The position numbers and the translations under genes are program-made. Shown here one piece after another: positions 55,133-64,000 of a DNA stretch of 64,000 nucleotides. Each line of letters begins with the position of its first letter. Position 1 is the first letter of the stretch. This stretch comes from Thermodesulfobacteriota bacterium (GTDB taxonomy: Bacteria > Desulfobacterota > Desulfarculia > JACQYL01). The stretch is from positions 2,848,001 to 2,912,000 of the forward strand of contig CAXXLZ010000002.1 of assembly GCA_963675595.2 (NCBI GenBank), read 5' to 3'. The notes beneath the pieces are model-generated. The model had not been told where the DNA came from and searched no databases. It saw only the letters and a program-made list of their open reading frames with translations.

Positions 55133-55506
55133 TCAAAGCGCCGAGGACTTCTCGTAATGACGGCCCCAAATTGCCCCACTCCTGGTTCTGCTTACAGGTT
55201 TCCTAACCCGTCCTCACCGGGTGACGGGAGGAACATCGATATTTTCCTCGGAACAGTCGCTGTACAAATGAGAGATGCATTATTACGGGAGAAGCGAACT
55301 GCTCCTGTTTCATGTAAAAGGCATATTCGCTGCGTATCCTTTGTGATCCAATTAGAGGAACTCTATCCGCTTTTTCAGCCGAATCGAAATTGTCGCTACC
55401 CGCTGAGGGATCGAACATAAGCGTATTATCCCTTATTTCTTCCTTCTGAATGGAACTGCATGCCGACTGGTTGAAATTACATACCCGATTCAAACTGTCC
55501 CATAAT

Positions 55507-57753
55507 TCACCGTCTTCCGAGATTAGTCCTGAAGTATTCGGTGCTCTCGGACAAGACCGCCACCAGATCGTCACCTCCATAATGATGATCGGAATTGGGG
55601 AGTGGTACGAAGTCAAACGGCTTGTCGACAGCCATCAGGGCATCGATCACATTCAGAGTATTCTGCAGATGAACGTTGGTATCCACAAGACCGTGGATCA
55701 GGAGCGGCGCAGCCTCAATCCGATCCACCTTGTCTACGACGCGGGAGGATGCATAGCCCGCCGGATTCCAATCGGGAGTGCCCATGTACCGCTCCGTGTA
55801 GATGGAGTCGTAGTCTCGCCAGTCGGTGGGACCGGAGCCGGCCACACCGCAACGAAATGTTTCGGGGGCATGGATCAGGGCATAAAGAGTCAGGAATCCT
55901 CCGAAGGACTTGCCGTCGGTGCCGATCCGGTGGGCATCAACGTAAGGAAGGGACTTCAGATATTCAACCCCCGCCAGTTGGTCATCCAGCGCCGACGGGC
56001 CGAGCTCGCCTGCGATAGGGGTCTCGAAGGCATGACCCCGTCCCGAACTTCCACGGTTGTCCAGCCTCCATACAATGAAACCCGCCTGCGTATACAGCAC
56101 GTCGCGTTCGATGTGATTGAAGATGTTCGTTGTGCCGTAACGGTTGGACACGAGCTGAAGGGTCGGCCCCCCATACCAGTGAATCACCACTCCGTACTTC
56201 TTTTTCGGATCGAAATCTTCAGGCTTCACTATTTGTGCGTACAAGTCCTCGCCGTCATGAGCTTTCACCGTGAGAAACTCGCGTGTAACTTTGGGTAACG
56301 ACACTGCCGGACCCGAGCATCGGCCCAATACGTCGACGAGAGTTCCGTCCGCCGTCAGGATACGGGTGACGGGCGGTGTATCAACATCGGAGAACTGCTC
56401 CACCAGGTACTCGCCGTCTCCCGAAAGCAGCCCGAAGTGGAATCCGGAAGCACTCGAAAGTGCGGTCGGTTCTCCCGTTTCAATGTCCAGGCGGGTCAAC
56501 AGTCGGTCAAGTGGTCCACTTGAGGTAGTGGAAAAGTACGCCCATTGCCCGGAAGGGTCCACCTGGATGGGTCGATCCGGGGCAAGCACATCCCAGGCGG
56601 TTGTGTCCACGAGCCGGCCCCCCCGGGTCAACTGCCTCACCACCCGTCCGTCCATTGAGCAGAGATAAAGCTGCATGAAACCGCTTCGCTCTGAGGCCCA
56701 GATGAACCCACTGCCATGCTTCAGGAAGATTGGGACCGGATAAAGAGACCCATTGATCCAGTTGGAGTCCGTTTCCCTGATAACGGTGCGTCCCGTTCCG
56801 GACGTCGGATTCCAGGCCTTAAGTTCGAGAACCTTCTGAGCCCTGTCGAGGGCAACATAAAACACTTCGTTCGAATCGGGGGTCCATTTGAACTTGGGGA
56901 GAATGTAGTCCGCCTCTTCGGGCAGCTCAATTTTTGAAAACGCCTTTCCCTCCTGCACCGATATCAGCAGAAGGGAGACTTCCGGATTCGCACTCCCGGG
57001 TGTGGGGTACCGGGTAAGAATAGTCGTCGGCGGGTCGGTTTCAAAGCTCGTGATCGGGTAAGTCGCCACAGGTCCATCGTCGGTGCGCAGCACCAATAAC
57101 CACCGCCCGTCGGGAGACCATGCGTAGGCCGGTTGTGCGACTCGATCGGCAAACTCCTCATTGTAGACCCAGTCAAGCGTGCCGTTATATACGGTCTCGC
57201 TGCCGTCGACAGTGAACCGCTCGACCCAGCCGTCGCTGATCCGTTCCGTGTAGAGATCGTTGCCGCGGACAAAAGAAACGGCTTCGCCCGACGGCAGGAA
57301 TACCGACGCAGTGGGGACGCCGCCGTCGGCGAGCCGAACGAGCGCCGAACTAGCCACATCAAACAGCCAAAGGCAGGTCGGGCCGGAGAGCAGTATGGAT
57401 TCACCCTGGGGAGACCACTGCGCCGAGGCCAAATCAATCTCCTCGGTTAGGCTGGAGGGGTCCAGAATGACTCGTTTGACACCAGAAGCGGGTTCATAGA
57501 GCCAAAGGGCGTCAGGACCGCCGTTTTCCTTGGGAGCCGTGTAGACCAGCCTCGCACCCACAGGGCTCCACGTAAAGGCCGATGGCCCCGAACCGACGAG
57601 CGCACCCGGCTCAACCAGCATGCGAGCAGTGATCGGCTCTGTGTATTCCGGCGAGTCGGAAGCGGAGTCCGAGCAGCCCGAGATACCGGTCCAGAGAAAG
57701 ACCGCCATCAGAAGCAAGACTATGCCTCCGACCGAAGTCCGAGGCGACACCAT
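55507..57753 (-). CDS. Dipeptidyl peptidase IV / S9B family serine peptidase, lipoprotein
   Basis: Lipobox ISGC; NG..DWVYNEE, WSPDG, YPTPG..NP, YGGP, GKSFGG, HGLVDTNVH, DHH. Start uncertain. Confidence 0.9.
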   Translation of the reverse strand: MVSPRTSVGGIVLLLMAVFLWTGISGCSDSASDSPEYTEPITARMLVEPGALVGSGPSAFTWSPVGARLVYTAPKENGGPDALWLYEPASGVKRVILDPSSLTEEIDLASAQWSPQGESILLSGPTCLWLFDVASSALVRLADGGVPTASVFLPSGEAVSFVRGNDLYTERISDGWVERFTVDGSETVYNGTLDWVYNEEFADRVAQPAYAWSPDGRWLLVLRTDDGPVATYPITSFETDPPTTILTRYPTPGSANPEVSLLLISVQEGKAFSKIELPEEADYILPKFKWTPDSNEVFYVALDRAQKVLELKAWNPTSGTGRTVIRETDSNWINGSLYPVPIFLKHGSGFIWASERSGFMQLYLCSMDGRVVRQLTRGGRLVDTTAWDVLAPDRPIQVDPSGQWAYFSTTSSGPLDRLLTRLDIETGEPTALSSASGFHFGLLSGDGEYLVEQFSDVDTPPVTRILTADGTLVDVLGRCSGPAVSLPKVTREFLTVKAHDGEDLYAQIVKPEDFDPKKKYGVVIHWYGGPTLQLVSNRYGTTNIFNHIERDVLYTQAGFIVWRLDNRGSSGRGHAFETPIAGELGPSALDDQLAGVEYLKSLPYVDAHRIGTDGKSFGGFLTLYALIHAPETFRCGVAGSGPTDWRDYDSIYTERYMGTPDWNPAGYASSRVVDKVDRIEAAPLLIHGLVDTNVHLQNTLNVIDALMAVDKPFDFVPLPNSDHHYGGDDLVAVLSESTEYFRTNLGRR

Positions 57754-57950
57754 CACCGGCTGATCGGACCTGAACGGGCTGCTCTTTCGGCAACAACCTT
57801 GAAGGTATTGACCGGAACGCACTGCTTTGCTCCTCGCTGCATAGTGTCAATGGGGCCGTTCACCTGCGAAGGGAACATTATGTTGGAGATTACTCCGGGC
57901 TCATTGATTCTCCTTATTTTGCGGGCCGGCAATGGGCATTGCGCATGCCT

Positions 57951-59804
57951 CTATGGGGTGACGGTTACATCGGCGCTGACGGTCACACCTTCCAGAGTCG
58001 CCTTGATGGTTGCCGCCGAGTTGCCCGTAACCGCATAAGTCGTAATGGGGAATGTGGCCGATGCCACCCCCTCGGGCACAACCACGGTGTCCGGCACCGA
58101 CGCCCAGTTGGAATTTGAAGAGGTCAGAGTGACCGTCGCTCCCCCGGTGGGAGCCGCCTGGTCAATGGTGACGGTTCCGGTGGTGGAGGTTCCCCCCTGG
58201 ACTTGCTCCGGAGAGATGGAGAGCTTTTCCGCAATGGCGTAAAGCACCTTATTGAGGTCAATCGTTATGATCGTCAAGTCGGTTAATTTTCCCAGGTCCC
58301 AACGATCAAAAGAGGAGAGGCTCACCTTATATTGTCCGCACCACGAAATCTGGCTGATGCCGTTTTCCATCCAGAACTGTAGCTTGTCGGTGGAAAGCGA
58401 TCTGGTCTGCATCACAACGGAGGCATTGGGCTGGAAGAGGTTGATGTTGAGGGTGTTCAGTTTGTCGAAGTCGCTGGTATAGCTCGGGTTTGCCGAATGC
58501 CACTTCCACAGAAAATTCAGGCCGGCATTGTTCGTCTTGTTTTCCACGGCCCAGTCGGGAATTTCCGTATTGGTGGACCGCGTAATGCTGCAGGTGGTGT
58601 TGGCACCTGCCGCTGAAACGCCCACATCAAACTTGTATCCCGCTGAGTAGGTGGTTACGTTGTTTTCATTGGGAGGCTCGGCGTCGTAGAAACGCAGAAT
58701 GGTTGTGGGATCCGGGCTGGTAGTGTATGGGTACAGGTTGAACAGGCACTCCATCTGGGCGTAACCCCACGCCTTAATGTATTCGTTGCCGTCATAAACT
58801 TGGTAGTCTTCCCCATTAATGGGCATGTCGATGCTGGTGCTCTTGACATAGGTGGAATGGTCGGTGGCCGGATTCGATGCGCCTATGTAATCGATGGTCA
58901 ACCACTGATAGTCACCATTGGCGTTGGCCGAATCGTTGTCAAGATAGAGGGAAACATTGGTCGTGGGAGTCAGCGTTAAAGTCTGATAGCCGACCATGGG
59001 CGCGTACGCCGGCATTACCCATGACAGATAACTTCCGCTGTATTTGAGCCATGCGTTGTCGATCGTCCAACTCGTATCTCGCGTATAACGCCAAGTTCTA
59101 TACTTCAATTCCGACGGATAGCTATCGCTCTCGGTGGCCCTCAGTCCTGCGTTGATCTCCCGGTTTTCCTCTAGAAGAGTATAGATTTTTTCCGCAAACA
59201 TTTTGGGACCCGTATGATCTTCAAATTCTTTCCGACGTTCCTCCAGGCTGGAATAGTACCCATCCTCGTCAAACTCAACATTCAGGCCCGTAGTATTGAG
59301 GCTTTCAATCAACTCCGACGGATCGACCTCTCTAAGTACCGGATGTTCAACAATTGCCATCATTCTGTTCAGGGTTCCGGAAATGGGTATAATACAATAT
59401 GCGGTGGTATCGTCGTCGCCGAAAAGAATACCCGTGTATTTCATGAGGGCTTCTTTGTGGGCGGCGGTGCAGTTCATGATCAGCAGGGCTTTCCCTTCGG
59501 CCATATTCTTCTTGATATCGTCATCGGTCATGATCTCATCCGGGGAAATCCCGTCGCCGTCCAAAGCGATACCGTAGTGCTCGTCATCGCCGCTTTCCAC
59601 AAAGACGATGCCTTCTTCCTCAAGGTAGCCGATCACCGGCCGGCTTCCTTCACCAAGAGAACCCAGAATCTTGAAAGAATACTGCGTCGGTTCGGGTGAC
59701 GGCGCGGTATCCGAATCCGAATCGGAACACCCCGGCCAGAAAAACAAGGAGACGGCAAACAGAAGAACCAACATCGGGAACACTGCTCTCAAGTTCCTAC
59801 TCAT
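57951..59804 (-). CDS. Lipoprotein with a putative leukocidin/cytolysin-like beta-PFT segment and a C-terminal Ig-like domain
   Basis: Lipobox WPGC; D..P.N.N..T....G..F.VG...hairpin, then DW.V.N....L...W and NLFQP; terminal Thr-rich beta-sandwich. Confidence 0.55.
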   Translation of the reverse strand: MSRNLRAVFPMLVLLFAVSLFFWPGCSDSDSDTAPSPEPTQYSFKILGSLGEGSRPVIGYLEEEGIVFVESGDDEHYGIALDGDGISPDEIMTDDDIKKNMAEGKALLIMNCTAAHKEALMKYTGILFGDDDTTAYCIIPISGTLNRMMAIVEHPVLREVDPSELIESLNTTGLNVEFDEDGYYSSLEERRKEFEDHTGPKMFAEKIYTLLEENREINAGLRATESDSYPSELKYRTWRYTRDTSWTIDNAWLKYSGSYLSWVMPAYAPMVGYQTLTLTPTTNVSLYLDNDSANANGDYQWLTIDYIGASNPATDHSTYVKSTSIDMPINGEDYQVYDGNEYIKAWGYAQMECLFNLYPYTTSPDPTTILRFYDAEPPNENNVTTYSAGYKFDVGVSAAGANTTCSITRSTNTEIPDWAVENKTNNAGLNFLWKWHSANPSYTSDFDKLNTLNINLFQPNASVVMQTRSLSTDKLQFWMENGISQISWCGQYKVSLSSFDRWDLGKLTDLTIITIDLNKVLYAIAEKLSISPEQVQGGTSTTGTVTIDQAAPTGGATVTLTSSNSNWASVPDTVVVPEGVASATFPITTYAVTGNSAATIKATLEGVTVSADVTVTP

Positions 59805-59881
59805 AAAAGGCCCCCCAACAACGGTTATTTGTTCTGATTCACAGGAAGCTTCTTTGCGGATTCAGGAGAGGTAACCTCACG

Positions 59882-60535
59882 TCAAGTTTGAGGAATCAGT
59901 CCGTCATCCATGATCTGCCTGATCCGCTTTCCCCAGTATTCGAACGCGTCTTCCGCCGACCCCCACTTGGTAAATCTCTCCGTAAATCCCGCTTGATACT
60001 CATCTTCCGCAACGGCAAGCACTTCGTCGGTGACGGAGTCCAGGACCATGACCTGGCAGGTCGTCGCCCCCGATCCGGTCCACGATCCGGTCGTTCCCTT
60101 CCTCAGGAGGCTGACCCCCACCCCGACCGGGATTACGGAGGTAACCGTGCTCAAGACCGGACGGCTTTGCTTGAGGTCCACGATGGCGAAGCGGAACCGC
60201 AACACATCCGGACCGGGGTCGGATACAATGGAGTACTTGTCCTTCAAGGCATCGATGATGGCCAACGTAGAGGCATCCCCCAACTTCTTCATCTCATCTC
60301 CGTCGATGATCTTGGAATCCGAATCGTCCGCCAACGCGAAGACCACATAATCCACCATGAATCTCTTATAATGCTTGAAATCGGATCCAGGTTTGATCCA
60401 GCGGAGTTTCGCTCCGCCCTCGGGTCCCGGCTCCAGGTTCTTATAGTATTCTCCCAAAAATTCCGATTTGGGCGGAGAAGCCGCGCAACCCACCATCAGC
60501 AGGGCGCAGATAAACATCACAGCCGTCTTTTTCAT
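59882..60535 (-). CDS. DUF3313-family lipoprotein
   Basis: Lipobox MVGC; SEFLG.YY..L, PGPDVLR.R.AIVDL, DSVT.EVLA, AFEYW. Confidence 0.75.
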   Translation of the reverse strand: MKKTAVMFICALLMVGCAASPPKSEFLGEYYKNLEPGPEGGAKLRWIKPGSDFKHYKRFMVDYVVFALADDSDSKIIDGDEMKKLGDASTLAIIDALKDKYSIVSDPGPDVLRFRFAIVDLKQSRPVLSTVTSVIPVGVGVSLLRKGTTGSWTGSGATTCQVMVLDSVTDEVLAVAEDEYQAGFTERFTKWGSAEDAFEYWGKRIRQIMDDGLIPQT

Positions 60536-60864
60536 CTTTGGTCTCCCACTCAAGAGAAGATTAAACAAAGCGCTCCTACCCCCTCCAAACAGCCTCACAA
60601 AGTCTCTTGGATATCGAATTACGAAACGCCGGCCGGCCGTTCCGTCGAACGGATCAAGCAAGGCTCACCCTCTTCAGTGGAGAGGCTGAGGGTGGAATGG
60701 ATTTTCCGACTCATTGCCAACGTTCCCTACGTTTCCCTAATTGAAAAAGGAGCTCTATGGTCCGGCTTGACCACGCGCCGGCTGGACGGTGCGGGCGCAA
60801 GGGGGGCGAGGGAGCGAGGTTCCCCGGCGATCCCTGAACGAGCACATTGATTTTTCTCCCCTGT

Positions 60865-62283
60865 TCACCGCTCGGCGGCCTTCGTCCGCGTTTCCGCGTT
60901 GGTCACCCATCCTCCTCCCATCGATTTATAGATATTGACATGCGCGACCAGAAGCGAGGTCCTCGTCCGGGCGTAGTTGAGCTCGGCGGAAAACAACTGA
61001 GACTCGGCGTCGAGTACGGTGAGATAGGGCGTGTAGCCGCCGTTGAACTGCATTCGCGCCAGGCGAGTGTATTCTCGGAGAGCATCGACCAGTTTCCCTT
61101 CGGCTTCGAGCCGACGACAAAGCTTTTGGCGGGACACCAGCGCGTTTTCCACGTCGCTGAAGGCGTTTAGAACGGCATTCTGATAGTTCAGAAGGGCCGC
61201 CTGTTGTGCCGCTTCCGTTTGCTTCACCTGCCCGGAAATGGCGCCGGCGGTGAAGATCGGCCCCAGGAAGGAGCCGGTGTAATTCCAGGTTCCTGCAGAA
61301 CCCGTAAACAGGTTGGACAATTCGGTGCTTTGGATTCCAAGAGCCGCGGTGAGCGAAATGGTGGGAAAATACAGCGCCTTCACCGCCCCGATCCGGGCAT
61401 TGGCCGCAATGAGATTCTGCTCGGCCTGAGCCAGGTCCGGACGCCGCTCGATAATCTGCGAAGGCAGCCCGGCCGGAACGTGGGGCAACGCCATATCCAG
61501 GATGGATTTGCCGCGCCCGATGGGACCCGGATTGCGGCCGAGCAGAATACTCAGGGCGTTCTCCGTCTGGGATATCTCCGACTCGATGTCCGGTATGGCC
61601 GCCGCCGCGGTTTGGAACTGCGACCGAGCCTGCTCGACCGTCATACGGGAGACTTGTCCGTGCTTGAACTGCAGTTCGAACAGATTGACCGTCTCCCCGT
61701 ACGCAGAAAGTGTGCGTTCCGCGATCTCGAGCTGCGCGTCGAGACCCCGCAAATTGATATAAGTGTCGGCCACCAAGGCGACCAGGGAAAGGATCACGCC
61801 GCGGCGGGCCTCCCGACCGGCCAGGAGTTCCGCACGCGCGGCTTCGGATAGTCTCCGAATGCGCCCCCACAGATCGATTTCCCAACCCGCGCCGGCAAGC
61901 AGTTGAAATGAGTTCCGAGGGTTCTCAACATGGGACAATACGGAGGACGCACCGGCTTCACTCGCCCTCTCTCGGAGCGAGGTCCCACTGTAGTTGATCT
62001 GCGGAAAGAGCGGAGCTCGGACCTGGGTGAGGACTCCGGCGGCCTGCTCGATGTTGGCCGCGGCCATCTTGATCGACAGGTTGTTTGTCAATGCCTCATC
62101 GATCAGGGTTTCAAGCACGGGATCCCCCATGGCCTTCCACCAGTCGGTATCGGCGGTGTCTTGGGAGTCGATTTCTACATTACGGAAAGAATCCGGTATG
62201 CTCACATCGGGGCGCCGGTAATCGGGCCCAACCGTGCATCCGAACAGGATCACAAGGCATGCCGGAAGAATGAATAATCTCAT
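60865..62283 (-). CDS. RND efflux outer membrane factor lipoprotein (NodT/OprM family)
   Basis: GCTVGPDYRRP, WEIDLWGRIRR, RRPDL..AE, YKSMGGGW. Confidence 0.95.
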   Translation of the reverse strand: MRLFILPACLVILFGCTVGPDYRRPDVSIPDSFRNVEIDSQDTADTDWWKAMGDPVLETLIDEALTNNLSIKMAAANIEQAAGVLTQVRAPLFPQINYSGTSLRERASEAGASSVLSHVENPRNSFQLLAGAGWEIDLWGRIRRLSEAARAELLAGREARRGVILSLVALVADTYINLRGLDAQLEIAERTLSAYGETVNLFELQFKHGQVSRMTVEQARSQFQTAAAAIPDIESEISQTENALSILLGRNPGPIGRGKSILDMALPHVPAGLPSQIIERRPDLAQAEQNLIAANARIGAVKALYFPTISLTAALGIQSTELSNLFTGSAGTWNYTGSFLGPIFTAGAISGQVKQTEAAQQAALLNYQNAVLNAFSDVENALVSRQKLCRRLEAEGKLVDALREYTRLARMQFNGGYTPYLTVLDAESQLFSAELNYARTRTSLLVAHVNIYKSMGGGWVTNAETRTKAAER

Positions 62284-62284
62284 A

Positions 62285-64000
62285 TCACTTCAACTCCCGG
62301 GGGTCTTGGGGCGGGGCTTCAGGCACATGCGCGAGAGACTTTGGGGGAAGCCCACTCTTTTCCTCCGTGCCTTGACTCAGCCTATCGAAGAGATAGAAGA
62401 ACAGGGGCACATAGAGCATGGCCAAAGTGGCCTCGCCGATCATGCCGCCGATGATGCCGGTGCCGATGGAATGCCGGGCGTTGGCCCCCGCACCCGTGGC
62501 CACGGCCAACGGCAGTACGCCAAGAATAAATGCCAGAGAGGTCATGATGATGGGACGAAGTCGCTGCTCGCCGGCCTGAATCGTGGCATCCATGACGGAA
62601 AGCCCCTGTTTGCGCAGTTGCACCGCAAATGTGACCCGTAGGACCGCGTTCTTCGCTCCCAGACCGATGAGCACCAGGAGTCCGATTTGGAAATAGACAT
62701 CGTTCTCAAGACCCCGCAACCAGTTGAAAGTCAAAGCTCCCAGGATACCAAAGGGCACGGCCGTGAGGATCGAGCCTGGAAGAGTCCATGACTCAAACTG
62801 AGCGGCGAGAACGAGGAACACGATGACGATACCAAAAGCGAAGGCCGCGGCCGAAGTTCCCCCCGACTTCTTTTCCTCGTAGGCCATCCCCGACCATGCA
62901 TACCCGTATCCGTCCGGAAGCGTGTCATCCGCTGTTTCCTCCATTGCCAGAATCGCATCTCCGGAGCTGTAGCCCGGGGCGGGCGAACCGGTCACCTGAG
63001 CTGAAGGGAACCCGTTGAAGTGCGACACCACATCCGGACCGGACACGTACCGGGTAGTCACCACGGCCGAGAGCGGAATCATCCGCCCCTTGTTGGACCG
63101 TGTGTAGAGCCGTGTGATGTCGGAGGGGTCCCGCCTGAAGCCGGCATCGGACTGCAGGACCACATTCCAGATGCGGCTGTACTGATTGAATTGACTGACC
63201 GTGATCGATCCGAACTGAGCCTGAAGGGCGCTGTACACATCCTCCACCGGAAGATCGAGGAGCATTGATCTCGATCGGTCGACCTCCGCCTGCAGCTGCT
63301 GCGAAGCCCCCCGAAACGTGCTGTTCAGATTATTGATTTCAGGTCGCGTGCGGGCCTTGGCGAGAAATTCCCCGGTGATCTCGTAAAGCCGATCCGGATT
63401 GCCGCCTCCCTGATCCTGCACCCAGAATTCAAAGCCGCCTGTTGTGCCGATACCGGGAATCGCCGGCGGGGGTATCGGGATGACCAGGCCGGCGCCTATT
63501 TCACGCGCTTCGGCGGCCACGGACAGCAACACACTTCGGGCATTCTCCTTGATCGCGCGTTCGATGGAAGCATAGCGCTCCTTGAAGTCCGTAAGCGTTA
63601 CGAAAAGGGTGGCGGCGTTGGGCTTGAACTGGCCGTCGATCAAACTGAAGCCGTTGATGGTTGTCCGGTCGGCCACCGCCTTGTTCTTTGCGAAGATTTC
63701 GTCCACAAGGGATGAGGTCTCGACGGTTCGGTTCAGACTTGCCGCATCGGGCATCATTACCAGAGCCATCAAATAGCCCTGGTCTTCGTTGGGCACGAAG
63801 CTTGTCGGCATCGTCATGAATAAATGCACGAGTCCCCAGACCAGTATCGCCAAGACCATAAAGGCAACGGTCATTCGTTTGATCATGAGCACCACCGCTG
63901 AGCCGAAGGCCTGTGTGAAGCGGTCGAACATGCGGTTGAACCAGGCAAAGGGTCCGCGCCGGGCGGGCGCCGAGTGTCGGAGCATGACACCGCACATGGC
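62285..64000 (-). CDS. RND multidrug efflux permease (HAE1/AcrB family), 3' part; gene starts beyond the window
   Basis: FVPNEDQG, LAAQFESW, IGLGAKNAVL, RLRPIIMTSLAFILGVLPL. Confidence 0.95.
   Translation of the reverse strand, partial: AMCGVMLRHSAPARRGPFAWFNRMFDRFTQAFGSAVVLMIKRMTVAFMVLAILVWGLVHLFMTMPTSFVPNEDQGYLMALVMMPDAASLNRTVETSSLVDEIFAKNKAVADRTTINGFSLIDGQFKPNAATLFVTLTDFKERYASIERAIKENARSVLLSVAAEAREIGAGLVIPIPPPAIPGIGTTGGFEFWVQDQGGGNPDRLYEITGEFLAKARTRPEINNLNSTFRGASQQLQAEVDRSRSMLLDLPVEDVYSALQAQFGSITVSQFNQYSRIWNVVLQSDAGFRRDPSDITRLYTRSNKGRMIPLSAVVTTRYVSGPDVVSHFNGFPSAQVTGSPAPGYSSGDAILAMEETADDTLPDGYGYAWSGMAYEEKKSGGTSAAAFAFGIVIVFLVLAAQFESWTLPGSILTAVPFGILGALTFNWLRGLENDVYFQIGLLVLIGLGAKNAVLRVTFAVQLRKQGLSVMDATIQAGEQRLRPIIMTSLAFILGVLPLAVATGAGANARHSIGTGIIGGMIGEATLAMLYVPLFFYLFDRLSQGTEEKSGLPPKSLAHVPEAPPQDPRELK

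Noticed and set aside
60770-60860. Possible degenerate REP/MITE-like GC-rich element
   Set aside because: Single copy in the window, with no terminal inverted repeats or target duplication.

Overview
About 60% GC (by eye) chromosomal segment of an anaerobic bacterium, most likely Desulfobacterota/deltaproteobacterial (inferred from iorAB, mvhD, an HdrD-like protein, corrinoid methyltransferase modules and hybrid kinases). Housekeeping and metabolic genes: glnA 3' part, FadH-like oxidoreductase, iorAB, hisH, pdxA, uvrA, a second EF-G, radC, pgsA-like, two hsp20, tRNA-Pro(GGG). Defence-like genes: Mrr, an orphan RelE-like protein and a DprA/SLOG-ART fusion. Downstream of the tRNA is an accessory region of secreted and surface proteins, signalling and RND efflux genes. 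No rRNA, CRISPR array, integrase or transposase was seen. Best candidates for undescribed biology: (1) an unrecognised ~240-270 nt highly paired, probably pseudoknotted non-coding element at 28.7-29.0 kb; (2) a DprA/SLOG + AbiGi-like ART-fold fusion protein just upstream of it; (3) five palindromic 20-bp boxes at an exact 24-bp period between two divergent IPTL-CTERM-type surface protein genes, one of which is broken by a single in-frame TAA; (4) a lipoprotein with a leukocidin/cytolysin-like beta-pore-forming segment. All protein family calls come from motif recognition, not from database searches.
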